DNA of 64,000 nt from an uncultured Candidatus Saccharibacteria bacterium (GTDB lineage: Bacteria; Patescibacteriota; Minisyncoccia; UBA6257; Colwellbacteraceae): the NCBI GenBank assembly GCA_964360065.1, contig CAYHTW010000001.1:86289-150288 (forward strand), read 5' to 3'. The notes beneath the pieces are model-generated. The model was given only the letters and a program-made list of their open reading frames with translations, was not told the DNA's origin and did no database searches. Shown here piece after piece: positions 39,694-48,346 of the stretch. Made by a program: the position numbers and the translations under genes. Position 1 is the stretch's first letter, and each line of letters starts with the position of its first letter.

Positions 39694-40795
39694 AAGAATT
39701 GAATAAATACAGGTTATGAATAGTTAAAAGTTTCATCCCCGTTATTTCTTTAGCCCTTATAAGGTGCGCCAGATAACTTCTGGTGTAAGTTTCACAGACC
39801 GAGCAATCACATTTCTTATCCAGCGCTTTCAGGTCTTTTAAGAAAATAGCTTTGTTCATATCCAATTTGCCGGTTGAAGTGAAAGCCATTCCACGCCTCC
39901 CATAATGGGTTGGCACGGTACAGTCAAAAGTATCAATCCCCAATTTTACAATCCGCTCAATATCTTCCAAATAACCGATCCCTAAGAGGTGCCTTGGTTT
40001 AGATTCGTCTAAAACTTTTGTGACCCAGCCGACAATACTGCTCATCTCTTCTTTCGTTTTGCCCAAATCTCCGCCTATGCCGAAACCAGAGAAACCAAGT
40101 GAATTAATATAGTTGGAAGCGACTTCCCGTAAATCTTTGAAACTAGAACCCTGAACAATACCGTAAAGAGCCTGTTTTGATTTAGTGGGATGTGCTTCTA
40201 AACAAATTTTAGCCCAAGCGTGCGTACGGGAAAGAGATTTCTCGGCATACTTGTAACTCACTAACGGCGCGGTACATTCGTCAAAGGCGAATATAATGTC
40301 CGCTCCAAGATAGTGCTGTATTTTCATGGATTCCTTGGGGCCAAGAAAAGCTTTGTCGCCGTTAGGCAACCTAAAAGTCGCTCCTTCATCGTTAATGATG
40401 ACATGGTTGGGATTCTCGCCGTGGTTAATGGGCTCCGCCACGCGGCCAGGGAAATATTTTAAAAGCTTACCTACCTGTAAATCTTTGCCGAAACCAAAGC
40501 TGAAAACCTGGAAGCCGCCGGAGTCTGTCATTAGGGGGTTAGGCCAATTCATAAACTTATGCAGGCCGCCGTTTTTAGCTACGATTTTCTCTCCCGGTTT
40601 TTGGTGGAGGTGATAGGTGTTGGCTATAAGAATCTGAGTTTTAGTTTGCAGGACTTCATCTGCCGAGAGAGTCTTAACTACCCCTTGAGTGGCAACTCCC
40701 ACAATAGCAGGAGTAAGTACTTCTCCGTGAGGAGTTTTGAGTATTCCAAGCCTAGCACGGCTTTTCTTTGATTTTTTGATAACTTTAAACTCCAT
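39650..40795 (-). CDS. tgt: Queuine tRNA-ribosyltransferase
   Basis: GEVLTPAIVGVATQGVVK, Zn site CxCxxC...H. Confidence 0.9.
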   Translation of the reverse strand: MEFKVIKKSKKSRARLGILKTPHGEVLTPAIVGVATQGVVKTLSADEVLQTKTQILIANTYHLHQKPGEKIVAKNGGLHKFMNWPNPLMTDSGGFQVFSFGFGKDLQVGKLLKYFPGRVAEPINHGENPNHVIINDEGATFRLPNGDKAFLGPKESMKIQHYLGADIIFAFDECTAPLVSYKYAEKSLSRTHAWAKICLEAHPTKSKQALYGIVQGSSFKDLREVASNYINSLGFSGFGIGGDLGKTKEEMSSIVGWVTKVLDESKPRHLLGIGYLEDIERIVKLGIDTFDCTVPTHYGRRGMAFTSTGKLDMNKAIFLKDLKALDKKCDCSVCETYTRSYLAHLIRAKEITGMKLLTIHNLYLFNSYVERVRDKIRKGNL

Positions 40796-40802
40796 TCAAT
40801 TA

Positions 40803-41498
40803 TTAAAAGCGAGTTAGTATGTACGAAGCGATTATAGCGGCGGTTTCGGCGCGGAAAGTGAGCTTGCCAAGACTCACAATGCTAAACCCATTATTTCTTG
40901 CCAAAGACAGTTCCCTCTCGGTCCAGCCTCCTTCAGGTCCGATGAAAGCTGTAATCTCCACATTCAAAGAAGCTTCTTTGAGTACCTCCCCCGACGAATC
41001 AAATAGAAAGCTACTGCCCACACTAGAGACATTTGCTACCGCCTCTTCAAAAGACATAGGTTCTAAAATAACCGGTACAATACCTCTTCCGGACTGCTCG
41101 GCAGCTTCTTTAGCAATTTTCTCCAAACGTTCTTTGTTGAGGCCCAGCTTAATTGTCCGCTCGCTGATAACGGGGACAATTGTTTTAATGCCGATCTCGG
41201 TGGCCTTTTGCACAACAAGCTCAAAGTTTTCTTTCTTTAAAACAGAACAATAAAGAGTAACTGAGTTCTTTGGTTCATTGTCGTTCTCCTGAACCTTAGT
41301 TGCCTTCAAGATAATAGAAGATTTACTAATTCCCGTTATTTCGGCCAGCATCTCATGCCCTAGGCCGTCTCCGACTACTATTTTCTCACCAAGCTTCAGA
41401 CGGAGGACATTTTTAATCTGCCCGACAACTTCCTGGTCAATAATTTCCAAGTCATCGGTCATTAAATCGCTAGAAATTATAAATCTGTGGGTTTTCAT
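40803..41498 (-). CDS. rsmE: 16S rRNA (uracil1498-N3)-methyltransferase
   Basis: RsmE N-terminal PUA-like + SPOUT C-terminus. Confidence 0.75.
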   Translation of the reverse strand: MKTHRFIISSDLMTDDLEIIDQEVVGQIKNVLRLKLGEKIVVGDGLGHEMLAEITGISKSSIILKATKVQENDNEPKNSVTLYCSVLKKENFELVVQKATEIGIKTIVPVISERTIKLGLNKERLEKIAKEAAEQSGRGIVPVILEPMSFEEAVANVSSVGSSFLFDSSGEVLKEASLNVEITAFIGPEGGWTERELSLARNNGFSIVSLGKLTFRAETAAIIASYILTRF

Positions 41499-41499
41499 T

Positions 41500-42480
41500 T
41501 TAATAAAATATAGTTGTAGTTAAGTGGTGCTGTTCACTCATTTCTATTCTCTTGCTTTCATTCCATAATAGCCAATCTATTTCAAAAGATTTTAATCTAA
41601 CTCCTCTGGCTTTTAGTTCTTCATTGATATATTCAACTGCCCAGACGGTAGCGCTCCTTATCTCCACTTCTTCGTTGCTGCCAGGTTTGAGTTCTGTTCT
41701 GAGTTTTATCTTTTCCGCAAGCTTCGGAGAGTATTCCATAACTTTCCAGTGATTTAATATCTGTGGCAATTTGTAGTCCGGGAAAGCGGTTAAATAATCC
41801 AAGTCATCAAAATAACCTACACCCACTCCTTTAATGATGCCATAAATATCTCCTACCAATATTTGAGCTCGCTTCCACAAATAGATCTTTCTACCCCCGT
41901 AAGTTGCTTCATCGTTAAAATAAGGTAATTCAGCGGCTATTTTCGGGACTAATTTAGCCGCCTTGTGTCCACCGGATAGAATAAATCTTTCGGAGTTCCC
42001 GCTGTAATTCTCTACCAAGAACCTACTCACGGCATAAACAATCTCCAAGCGTTTCTTAAGAAGTTGCAAGATTCCTTCACCTTGAAAGATGGCGGAAAAT
42101 TCTTCAAAACTTATTTTGGAGAGATAGTTAAAGTTGGCTTTCTTGGGTTCGTTCTCAAAAAACTTTTTTAATGACATTGATAGCGCGAAGTAACCGCGGT
42201 AAATCTCTCCTCTATAGTCTACGTTCCACTTATTGCCTTCATCAGGGGCCCAGAAACAAAAGTTTAGACTGTCCAGTAAAATAACGTAGTCAGTAAGCCG
42301 CCTAGTGTCGTTACTTTCCAGGTGATGCTCGGCATCCCAAGCTGGAGCCGAAACGTGAGATTTACTCCACTCTTCAACCAACCTCGCCACCTCTTTTCTG
42401 TTGACTGTGACGCTTTTTGATTTTTCCACTACGGCTAGCGTTGAAGCAAGAACCGGATTTTTATCTTCCGTCCCCCTCAT
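41500..42480 (-). CDS. Queuosine salvage protein (DUF2419 / Qng1-like)
   Basis: LDSLNFCFWAPDEG motif typical of DUF2419; adjacent to tgt. Confidence 0.7.
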   Translation of the reverse strand: MRGTEDKNPVLASTLAVVEKSKSVTVNRKEVARLVEEWSKSHVSAPAWDAEHHLESNDTRRLTDYVILLDSLNFCFWAPDEGNKWNVDYRGEIYRGYFALSMSLKKFFENEPKKANFNYLSKISFEEFSAIFQGEGILQLLKKRLEIVYAVSRFLVENYSGNSERFILSGGHKAAKLVPKIAAELPYFNDEATYGGRKIYLWKRAQILVGDIYGIIKGVGVGYFDDLDYLTAFPDYKLPQILNHWKVMEYSPKLAEKIKLRTELKPGSNEEVEIRSATVWAVEYINEELKARGVRLKSFEIDWLLWNESKRIEMSEQHHLTTTIFY

Positions 42481-42806
42481 TACTTTATTTTAGCTCCAGG
42501 TAAGACATTTTTATCAGGCTCTAGTAAGATTGGTCCTGATTCGTCGTCAGCTGCTAAAAGCATCCCCTGACTTTCTAAACCTAAGAGAGATTTAGGTTCA
42601 AGATTAACCACCACTATAATCTCCAGACCTACCATTATTTCGGGGTCATAAACTTTACCGATACCGGCTATTATCTGCCTCTCGCCCATCTCCGGACCTA
42701 TGTCTACTTTCAATTTAAGTAGTTTATCTGAACCTTCAACACGCTCGGCAGAAAGAACCTTGCCAACCCGCATATCCACGTTTTGAAATTCAGGATAAGA
42801 TATCAT
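42480..42806 (-). CDS. tRNA-binding protein (CsaA/Trbp111, EMAP-II-like OB fold)
   Basis: DMRVGKVLSAERVEGSDKLLKLKVDIGPE..RQIIAGI. Confidence 0.8.
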   Translation of the reverse strand: MISYPEFQNVDMRVGKVLSAERVEGSDKLLKLKVDIGPEMGERQIIAGIGKVYDPEIMVGLEIIVVVNLEPKSLLGLESQGMLLAADDESGPILLEPDKNVLPGAKIK

Positions 42807-42854
42807 TGCCTACCTATTATACAACTAACTAATATTTCTATAAAAACTAAGCTT

Positions 42855-43259
42855 CTAAACGGCTTCAGAAGTGACTCCGTCAAAGTGGTCGTGCTCCTCG
42901 TCCTCTACCGCATCGGCTTTTGTGACGTGTATTGTGCCATCAATATGATTAGGTGGAGAATAAACCGTATAAATCTTCATCGGCTCGGTGCCAGTATTAA
43001 TCACGTTGTGCTTGGTTCCCTGTGGGACAACTATCGCCCAGCCGTCGCTAATCGGATGCCGAACTCCGTTTAAGACGGTTTTGCCACTGCCTCCTTCTAT
43101 TCTGATAAATTGGTCTAATTGATGAATCTCTTCTCCAATCTCCTCTCCTGGAGCCAGACTCATTAAAACCAGCTGGCTGTTTTTGGCGGTGTAGAGAACT
43201 TTCCTGAAATTAGCGTTCTCTAGGGTCTCGGCCTCTATATTAACTACATAACCTTTCAT
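42855..43259 (-). CDS. Cupin domain protein
   Basis: Cupin motifs G(x)5HxH-like (EEIHQLDQ) and GxxxxPxGxxH (PQGTKHNVIN). Confidence 0.6.
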   Translation of the reverse strand: MKGYVVNIEAETLENANFRKVLYTAKNSQLVLMSLAPGEEIGEEIHQLDQFIRIEGGSGKTVLNGVRHPISDGWAIVVPQGTKHNVINTGTEPMKIYTVYSPPNHIDGTIHVTKADAVEDEEHDHFDGVTSEAV

Positions 43260-43477
43260 ATTTTTATTTCAAATATTTTATTCCTAGATCTAGCTCCTTT
43301 AATTAGTTTAATAACTCCCCGTGTGATTTTAAAGTGGTGTGCCAATGCTTTGAGTACTGCCTTAGTCGCCAGGCCTCGTTCCGGCTTCTCTTTCACGTGG
43401 ACATCAAAACTATCCTCTGACTTTATTACTATTCTCTCTTTCTTGGAGTTAGGATGGGTTTTAACTTTGATGTGCAT
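43256..43477 (-). CDS. DUF167 (YggU-like) protein
   Basis: 73-aa; ..HVKEKPERGLATKAVLK.. pattern. Confidence 0.55.
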   Translation of the reverse strand: MHIKVKTHPNSKKERIVIKSEDSFDVHVKEKPERGLATKAVLKALAHHFKITRGVIKLIKGARSRNKIFEIKI

Positions 43478-43530
43478 TTAATTCTCGTAAGATGACCGAA
43501 CTAAACTTCTACCACTATCATCTTTTTTAA

Positions 43531-43749
43531 TTATAGCTTTTCGATTTCTTTTAAGTCTTTATCGGGAAGGTATAAAATCAACAACCCGACTATAATACCT
43601 CCCACAGCAGTCCAGATGTGACTGCCCTCGAAAAACCAAATATCCAGGCCGTCCAATACGTACCAAATCCCCCGCCAAATCAAAACCAAACTTATAACAA
43701 TGAAAATGTTTTTAGCAAAGTAACGTATGGTTATCTTACTTTTTGGCAT
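43531..43749 (-). CDS. Small 2-TM membrane protein
   Basis: Hydrophobicity only. Confidence 0.35.
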   Translation of the reverse strand: MPKSKITIRYFAKNIFIVISLVLIWRGIWYVLDGLDIWFFEGSHIWTAVGGIIVGLLILYLPDKDLKEIEKL

Positions 43750-43780
43750 AATGTTTCGTTAATTATACCAGATACGTAAC

Positions 43781-44353
43781 TTATGTTTCCAATATTGCGT
43801 TCAAGGCAGATTCCAGTTTTTCTACACCGTCATCGGCAGTGAAATGCCCCATATTACGCTCAACAATAATTTCAGCGTTAAATCTTTTCCTTAAGAGCTC
43901 TATATTTTCGCCATGTACGTGTGGGTCGTTGTCCGAAAAGATAGCCGTTATTTTGGGAGTGTGTTTAATAACATCCACTTCTTTAATCGAAGTATTAATC
44001 CATGGTGCAGCCACTTGCTGTTCCTCGTCGCTTTCTAAGTTAGACAAGGTAAGCCACGGCGCGATAAGCACCACGCCGCCGACTTTTACTTCCGGCTGTA
44101 ATCTCTCCAAATATCTCAAAATAGTTTGGCAACCGATAGAATGCCCTACGAGTATCGTATCTTTGTTCGGCACCCCGATTACTTCCTCAAGTTTAGAAAC
44201 CCAAGCTTCAATCTCCGGCTTTTCAGAGTTGGTCATTTCCGGCACAACAACCTCAAAGTCCTTCTTCTCTAATTCTGACTTCAGCCACTTATATAAAGGC
44301 TCGTGAGGAGTGCCTCCCCAACTGTGAATTATAAAAACTCTTTTTTGATTCAT
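43781..44353 (-). CDS. Alpha/beta hydrolase (RBBP9/YdeN-like serine hydrolase)
   Basis: GHSIGC nucleophile elbow; start moved to MNQKRVFIIHSWGG to avoid overlap. Confidence 0.6.
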   Translation of the reverse strand: MNQKRVFIIHSWGGTPHEPLYKWLKSELEKKDFEVVVPEMTNSEKPEIEAWVSKLEEVIGVPNKDTILVGHSIGCQTILRYLERLQPEVKVGGVVLIAPWLTLSNLESDEEQQVAAPWINTSIKEVDVIKHTPKITAIFSDNDPHVHGENIELLRKRFNAEIIVERNMGHFTADDGVEKLESALNAILET

Positions 44354-44360
44354 AAATTTA

Positions 44361-44756
44361 TCATCGCGAAATTTTGCTTCTTCTAACTTCCGTTTGGCGT
44401 ACCTGGGCTTCACTCATCCCGAAATGATGGGCTATTTCATGCCAAACGGTATTTTTAACTATCTCTTTTAAATCTTTTTCGTCCCGCGCTTCTGCCTCAA
44501 TCGATTTTTTAAAAATCGTGATTTTATCTGGAAGCACCGCGCTGTAGTTCGCCCCCCGCTCTAACCGCGACACGCCTTCGTATAAACCGAGTAATGTCCA
44601 TTTCTCGTGAATATTCAACTCCTTTTTTTGGACAGACGTCGGTTCGTCTTCAACAACAATAATCACATTATCTAACTTACGCAAAAACTTTTCCGGAATC
44701 GCGTTTATTCCTTCTCCAACAATTTTTTCAAATTCTTCCCTTTTTAACCTTCGCAT
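44361..44756 (-). CDS. Minimal MMP-like zinc metallopeptidase (COG3824-like)
   Basis: HEIAHHFG HExxH motif in about 130-aa protein. Confidence 0.6.
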   Translation of the reverse strand: MRRLKREEFEKIVGEGINAIPEKFLRKLDNVIIVVEDEPTSVQKKELNIHEKWTLLGLYEGVSRLERGANYSAVLPDKITIFKKSIEAEARDEKDLKEIVKNTVWHEIAHHFGMSEAQVRQTEVRRSKISR

Positions 44757-44875
44757 AAACTTGCCTATCTAATTTTTTATTGGCTAATTTTAGCTGACAA
44801 GGCTCTCCCAAAACTTTAATCCCTCTTTAACCGTCTTCTGGTTAACCTTATGGCGACTTACTTTTCATTGTTATC

Positions 44876-45076
44876 CTACTCCAGGCCCTCCTTAATCTCT
44901 TCAAATTTATTTTTAATACCCTTAAGTTTTGTTTTTAAGTCTTTGATTATTTCTGCTCCCTGCTTAACCTTCTCCAAACCTTCTTCCAGATCTATCTCTT
45001 CTTGTTTTTCAAACCACTCGGCAATGGATTCCAACTTGCTTAAAGATTCGCTTACTTTTTTATCGTTTTCTTTCAT
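44876..45076 (-). CDS. xseB: Exodeoxyribonuclease VII small subunit
   Basis: 66-aa helical protein, LEESLKKLE-type pattern, next to xseA. Confidence 0.75.
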   Translation of the reverse strand: MKENDKKVSESLSKLESIAEWFEKQEEIDLEEGLEKVKQGAEIIKDLKTKLKGIKNKFEEIKEGLE

Positions 45077-45098
45077 GTTTATTATTTTACCCCCACAC

Positions 45099-45359
45099 CT
45101 AATCGATTTTAAGACTTTTAGTAATTCTTCGTTTTAGTTGATTTAAAGCGTTAGCTCGCAATTTTAAATTATGTTCTCTGTGTCTGGCGTCCTCTTCCGA
45201 CTTATATGCCTCGCAATACACAAGCTCAAAAGGCGAACGATATTTTGTTGAACGACTTAATCCTTTGTTGTGTTCTAAAAGTCTTCTTTTCAAATTATTA
45301 GTGGAGCCGATATACAACTCTTTATCTACTTTACTCCTAATAATATAAACACAGAACAT
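45099..45359 (-). CDS. GIY-YIG nuclease family protein (YhbQ/UPF0213-like, 86 aa)
   Basis: VYIIRS..LYIGSTNNLKRRLLEHNKG GIY-YIG motif. Confidence 0.8.
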   Translation of the reverse strand: MFCVYIIRSKVDKELYIGSTNNLKRRLLEHNKGLSRSTKYRSPFELVYCEAYKSEEDARHREHNLKLRANALNQLKRRITKSLKID

Positions 45360-45383
45360 TAATTAAATCGATTAGGTGTGGGG
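45100..45383. mobile_element. GIY-YIG cassette bounded by perfect 20-bp terminal inverted repeats (CCCCCACACCTAATCGATTT / AAATCGATTAGGTGTGGGGG)
   Basis: IRs at 45100-45119 and 45364-45383; inserted exactly between xseA stop and xseB start; IRs supply the last codons of xseA (NPHT*) and of the GIY-YIG ORF (KID*). Confidence 0.55.
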
Positions 45384-46856
45384 GTTAATTTTCTTTATTT
45401 CCGACTCTACTTCTCCTTTATATAGCCTAGTTTTCAACTTCTCCCCTACTTTGAGGCCAGAGGTGTCTCTGACCACTTTACCAGAATTGTCGGTCACGAT
45501 GCTATACCCAAGCTTCAGATTTCTTTCCGGGCTCACTCCTTCCAGGTATTTACCGACATTCTCTACGCTCTTTAGAGCTGCCTCCAAAGCGCTTTCGTAT
45601 GAGTCTATAATAGACGATTTAAGGTTCTCAAACTTAACGAAGGCTCTTTCAAAGTAGCTTGTCATCTTGGACAGCGAAGAACCGACAAAGTTGTCGGCAG
45701 AACGAATACAGCCTTCGTAACGGTTAAAAATTGTCACCTCAAGTGAAGGCAGGCGAACAGTCAGTTTATCCCAAGAGGCATTTACTCTAATAGCAGCTCC
45801 TGTAGGAGTTGAGGGGGCGTCGTCTCCGACGAGACTTGAGATAGGAACGTCCTTGTGGTGGCCTATGGCGCAAATAGTGGGCACCCTAGAGGCAAATATG
45901 GCTTTAGCAACCAGTTCGTTATTAAAGGCTTGCAGGTCTTCTAGGCTTCCGCCGCCACGCATTACCACCATCACATCAAGTTTCATTCTTTCGGCGTTGC
46001 TGTTAAACCAAGAGAGAGCTTCGCAGATATCGTCCACCGCTCTGACTCCCTCCACTCTGACGTCTTTGAGGAAAACCTCAAAGCCAAGTTCTCTGAGGTT
46101 GTTTTTAAAATCCTCTATGACTGCTCCCTGGCGTGAGGTAACTACACCAATTCTTTTAATAAACTCGGGTAATTCTCTTTTTCTGGTGAATAAGCCTTCC
46201 TTTTCCAGCTTGGCCTTCAGGAGTTCGTAAGCTTTTTTAAGAGACCCTTCGCCGGTTAGCTCAAGAGTTTGAATGGTAAAACTAAACTTACTGGTCCTTT
46301 CTATAACTTTCGGGAAGCCTCCTACTTTAACTTTCATCCCCTCTTCCAGCTCCAAACCAAGGCTATCGTAGGTATAAAGCCTCATATAGCACTCCATTAT
46401 CCCTTCACCGCTTTCATCTTTTAAAGTTATATAAACTCCGGTGGTGTGTAATTTAATTGTCACTATTTCTCCGCAAACAGAAACATTCTGAGAATAAAGA
46501 ATGCTATTTACCTTGCTCAAAAATTCTCTGACCGAAAAAATAACTTCGCCCGTTTCGGTGAACTGTGTATTTTTCTCTTCTTCTTTTTTGAACGCCCAAC
46601 TCGATTCACCTTTAGTGATGGCTAAAATAGCCGGACCAAGCTCTTTGAGCTTCTTAGGGCCGATTCCTTTTATGCCTTCTAATTCTTTTAAAGTCTGCGG
46701 CATAGACTCGGCAATGAAATCTATTGTTTTATTCTGGAGAATTTTAAATCTCTCCTGGCCTGTCTTTTGCGCCAAGTCGTTTCTTAGGTCGGTGAGCCGT
46801 CTTATCGCCAACCAATTTTTATTTCTAAAGCTTTCAGCGAAGGGCAGAGTATCCAT
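45372..46856 (-). CDS. xseA: Exodeoxyribonuclease VII large subunit with about 100-aa N-terminal HhH extension
   Basis: OB fold + GVVTSRQGAVIEDF catalytic core; extra N-terminal LKELEGIKGIGPKKLKELGP HhH. Confidence 0.85.
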   Translation of the reverse strand: MDTLPFAESFRNKNWLAIRRLTDLRNDLAQKTGQERFKILQNKTIDFIAESMPQTLKELEGIKGIGPKKLKELGPAILAITKGESSWAFKKEEEKNTQFTETGEVIFSVREFLSKVNSILYSQNVSVCGEIVTIKLHTTGVYITLKDESGEGIMECYMRLYTYDSLGLELEEGMKVKVGGFPKVIERTSKFSFTIQTLELTGEGSLKKAYELLKAKLEKEGLFTRKRELPEFIKRIGVVTSRQGAVIEDFKNNLRELGFEVFLKDVRVEGVRAVDDICEALSWFNSNAERMKLDVMVVMRGGGSLEDLQAFNNELVAKAIFASRVPTICAIGHHKDVPISSLVGDDAPSTPTGAAIRVNASWDKLTVRLPSLEVTIFNRYEGCIRSADNFVGSSLSKMTSYFERAFVKFENLKSSIIDSYESALEAALKSVENVGKYLEGVSPERNLKLGYSIVTDNSGKVVRDTSGLKVGEKLKTRLYKGEVESEIKKINPHT

Positions 46857-46914
46857 TTAAATCCCAGATTTTATTAGGGCCAAGATCATTTTTAAAGGAT
46901 TTTTCATATTTTTG

Positions 46915-46985
46915 TGGACCTACGGGGAATCGAACCCCGACCTCTTCCATGCCATGGAAGCGTAATACCATTTTACTATAGGCCC
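46915..46985 (-). tRNA. tRNA-Ala (anticodon GGC), 71 nt, CCA not encoded
   Basis: Manual fold; G3·U70, anticodon loop ATGGCAT. Confidence 0.85.
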
Positions 46986-47192
46986 GGAACGAAGAGCTTG
47001 AATCATTTTACCCCGCACAACAACCGCGATAGAGCTAACCCTATTTCTCATAATCGCAGTGTCGTGATTATATTCTACCAATAGTAGACAATCAACCTCC
47101 TAAGTCTAGTGTTAGCTCAAAATCGTAATCGCAGTTATGTGACGGGGCATGCTTGAAAAACACAGTAAATCAAGGCATTATAAGGTAATTAA

Positions 47193-47282
47193 GGTGAGGT
47201 GGCCGAGTGGTTTAAGGCGGCAGTCTTGAAAACTGCTATATCAGAAATGGTATCGTGAGTTCGAATCTCACCCTCACCGCCA
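47193..47282 (+). tRNA. tRNA-Ser (anticodon UGA), 90 nt, CCA encoded
   Basis: Manual fold; anticodon arm GCAGT-CTTGAAA-ACTGC, long variable arm. Confidence 0.9.
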
Positions 47283-47288
47283 GCAGTA

Positions 47289-48272
47289 GTGACTATGCAG
47301 CAAAACTTTTGGAGAAAATTGAAAAAGCCAATTATGGCTATAGCGCCGATGGCTAATGTCACCGACGCTGCCTTTAGGAAGCTTTTTGCCAAATACGGCA
47401 AGCCTGATGTCTTTTGGACAGAGTTTGTTTCCGTTGAAGGGCTTTTGTCCAGGGGGAAAGACCGCTTATTGGTGGACTTTTGGTACAGCGAAGAAGAACA
47501 CCCGATAGTGGCTCAGATATTTGGAGCCAAGCCGGAACAGTTTGAAAAAGTGGCCGGAATGATAAAAGACTTGGGCTTTGACGGCATTGATATCAATATG
47601 GGCTGCCCCGATAAGGACATTGAAAAATCCGGGGGCGGAGCTGCCCTAGTTAAAAACCCCGAACTGGCTGGAGAAATTATCAGAGCTACGAAACGAGGGG
47701 CTGGAGGACTGCCTGTATCTGTAAAAACCAGAATTGGTTATGCGAAAAATGAAATTAACGAATGGCTCCCTGCCCTACTCCAGGAAGACCTAGATGCTTT
47801 AACGGTGCATCTGCGCACTCGGAATGAAATGTCCGACGTTCCGGCACATTGGGAACTAGCACTCGAAATAAAAGCCCTGCGGGATAAGTATGCGCCTGAG
47901 ACAATTCTGCTCGGCAACGGTGATGTTAGTACACTCGATGAGGCCAAAGTCAGAGTAAAAGAATCTGGTTTTGACGGAGTAATGATTGGCAGAGGCATCT
48001 TCGGCAACCCGTGGTTATTTGCCGACCATATCCTCTCTCTGCAAGAACGGCTTGAGACGATGTGCGAGCATACCAAGTTATTTCAAGAAACATTTAAAAG
48101 TGACAAGGATAGAGAAAACGGCGGCCTGAAGAATTTTGACGTTATGAAGAAACACTTCAAGGCCTATGTAACTGGATTCCATAGTGCTAAAGAACTACGC
48201 ATACTATTAATGGAAGCTAAGAACGCCAGCGAAGTTAGGAAAATCACAGAAGAATTTCTCAAAAACCAGTAG
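47289..48272 (+). CDS. dus: tRNA-dihydrouridine synthase
   Basis: IAPMANVTD, INMGCP motifs; TIM barrel + helical domain. Confidence 0.85.
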   Translation: MTMQQNFWRKLKKPIMAIAPMANVTDAAFRKLFAKYGKPDVFWTEFVSVEGLLSRGKDRLLVDFWYSEEEHPIVAQIFGAKPEQFEKVAGMIKDLGFDGIDINMGCPDKDIEKSGGGAALVKNPELAGEIIRATKRGAGGLPVSVKTRIGYAKNEINEWLPALLQEDLDALTVHLRTRNEMSDVPAHWELALEIKALRDKYAPETILLGNGDVSTLDEAKVRVKESGFDGVMIGRGIFGNPWLFADHILSLQERLETMCEHTKLFQETFKSDKDRENGGLKNFDVMKKHFKAYVTGFHSAKELRILLMEAKNASEVRKITEEFLKNQ

Positions 48273-48346
48273 TAATAAACACAGTAACAAAAAACACCCG
48301 CCTTAGGCGGATGTCTCTGGTTTATTCTGAACTCGTGAAGGCGTAC

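Noticed and set aside
43781-44413. 53-bp overlap between alpha/beta hydrolase and the HExxH protein genes in the ORF track
   Set aside because: An internal ATG (MNQKRVFIIHSWGG) at 44353 gives a conventional start and removes the overlap.
47189-47401. 70-aa minus-strand ORF
   Set aside because: Overlaps tRNA-Ser(UGA) and the dus start; artefact of the tRNA sequence.
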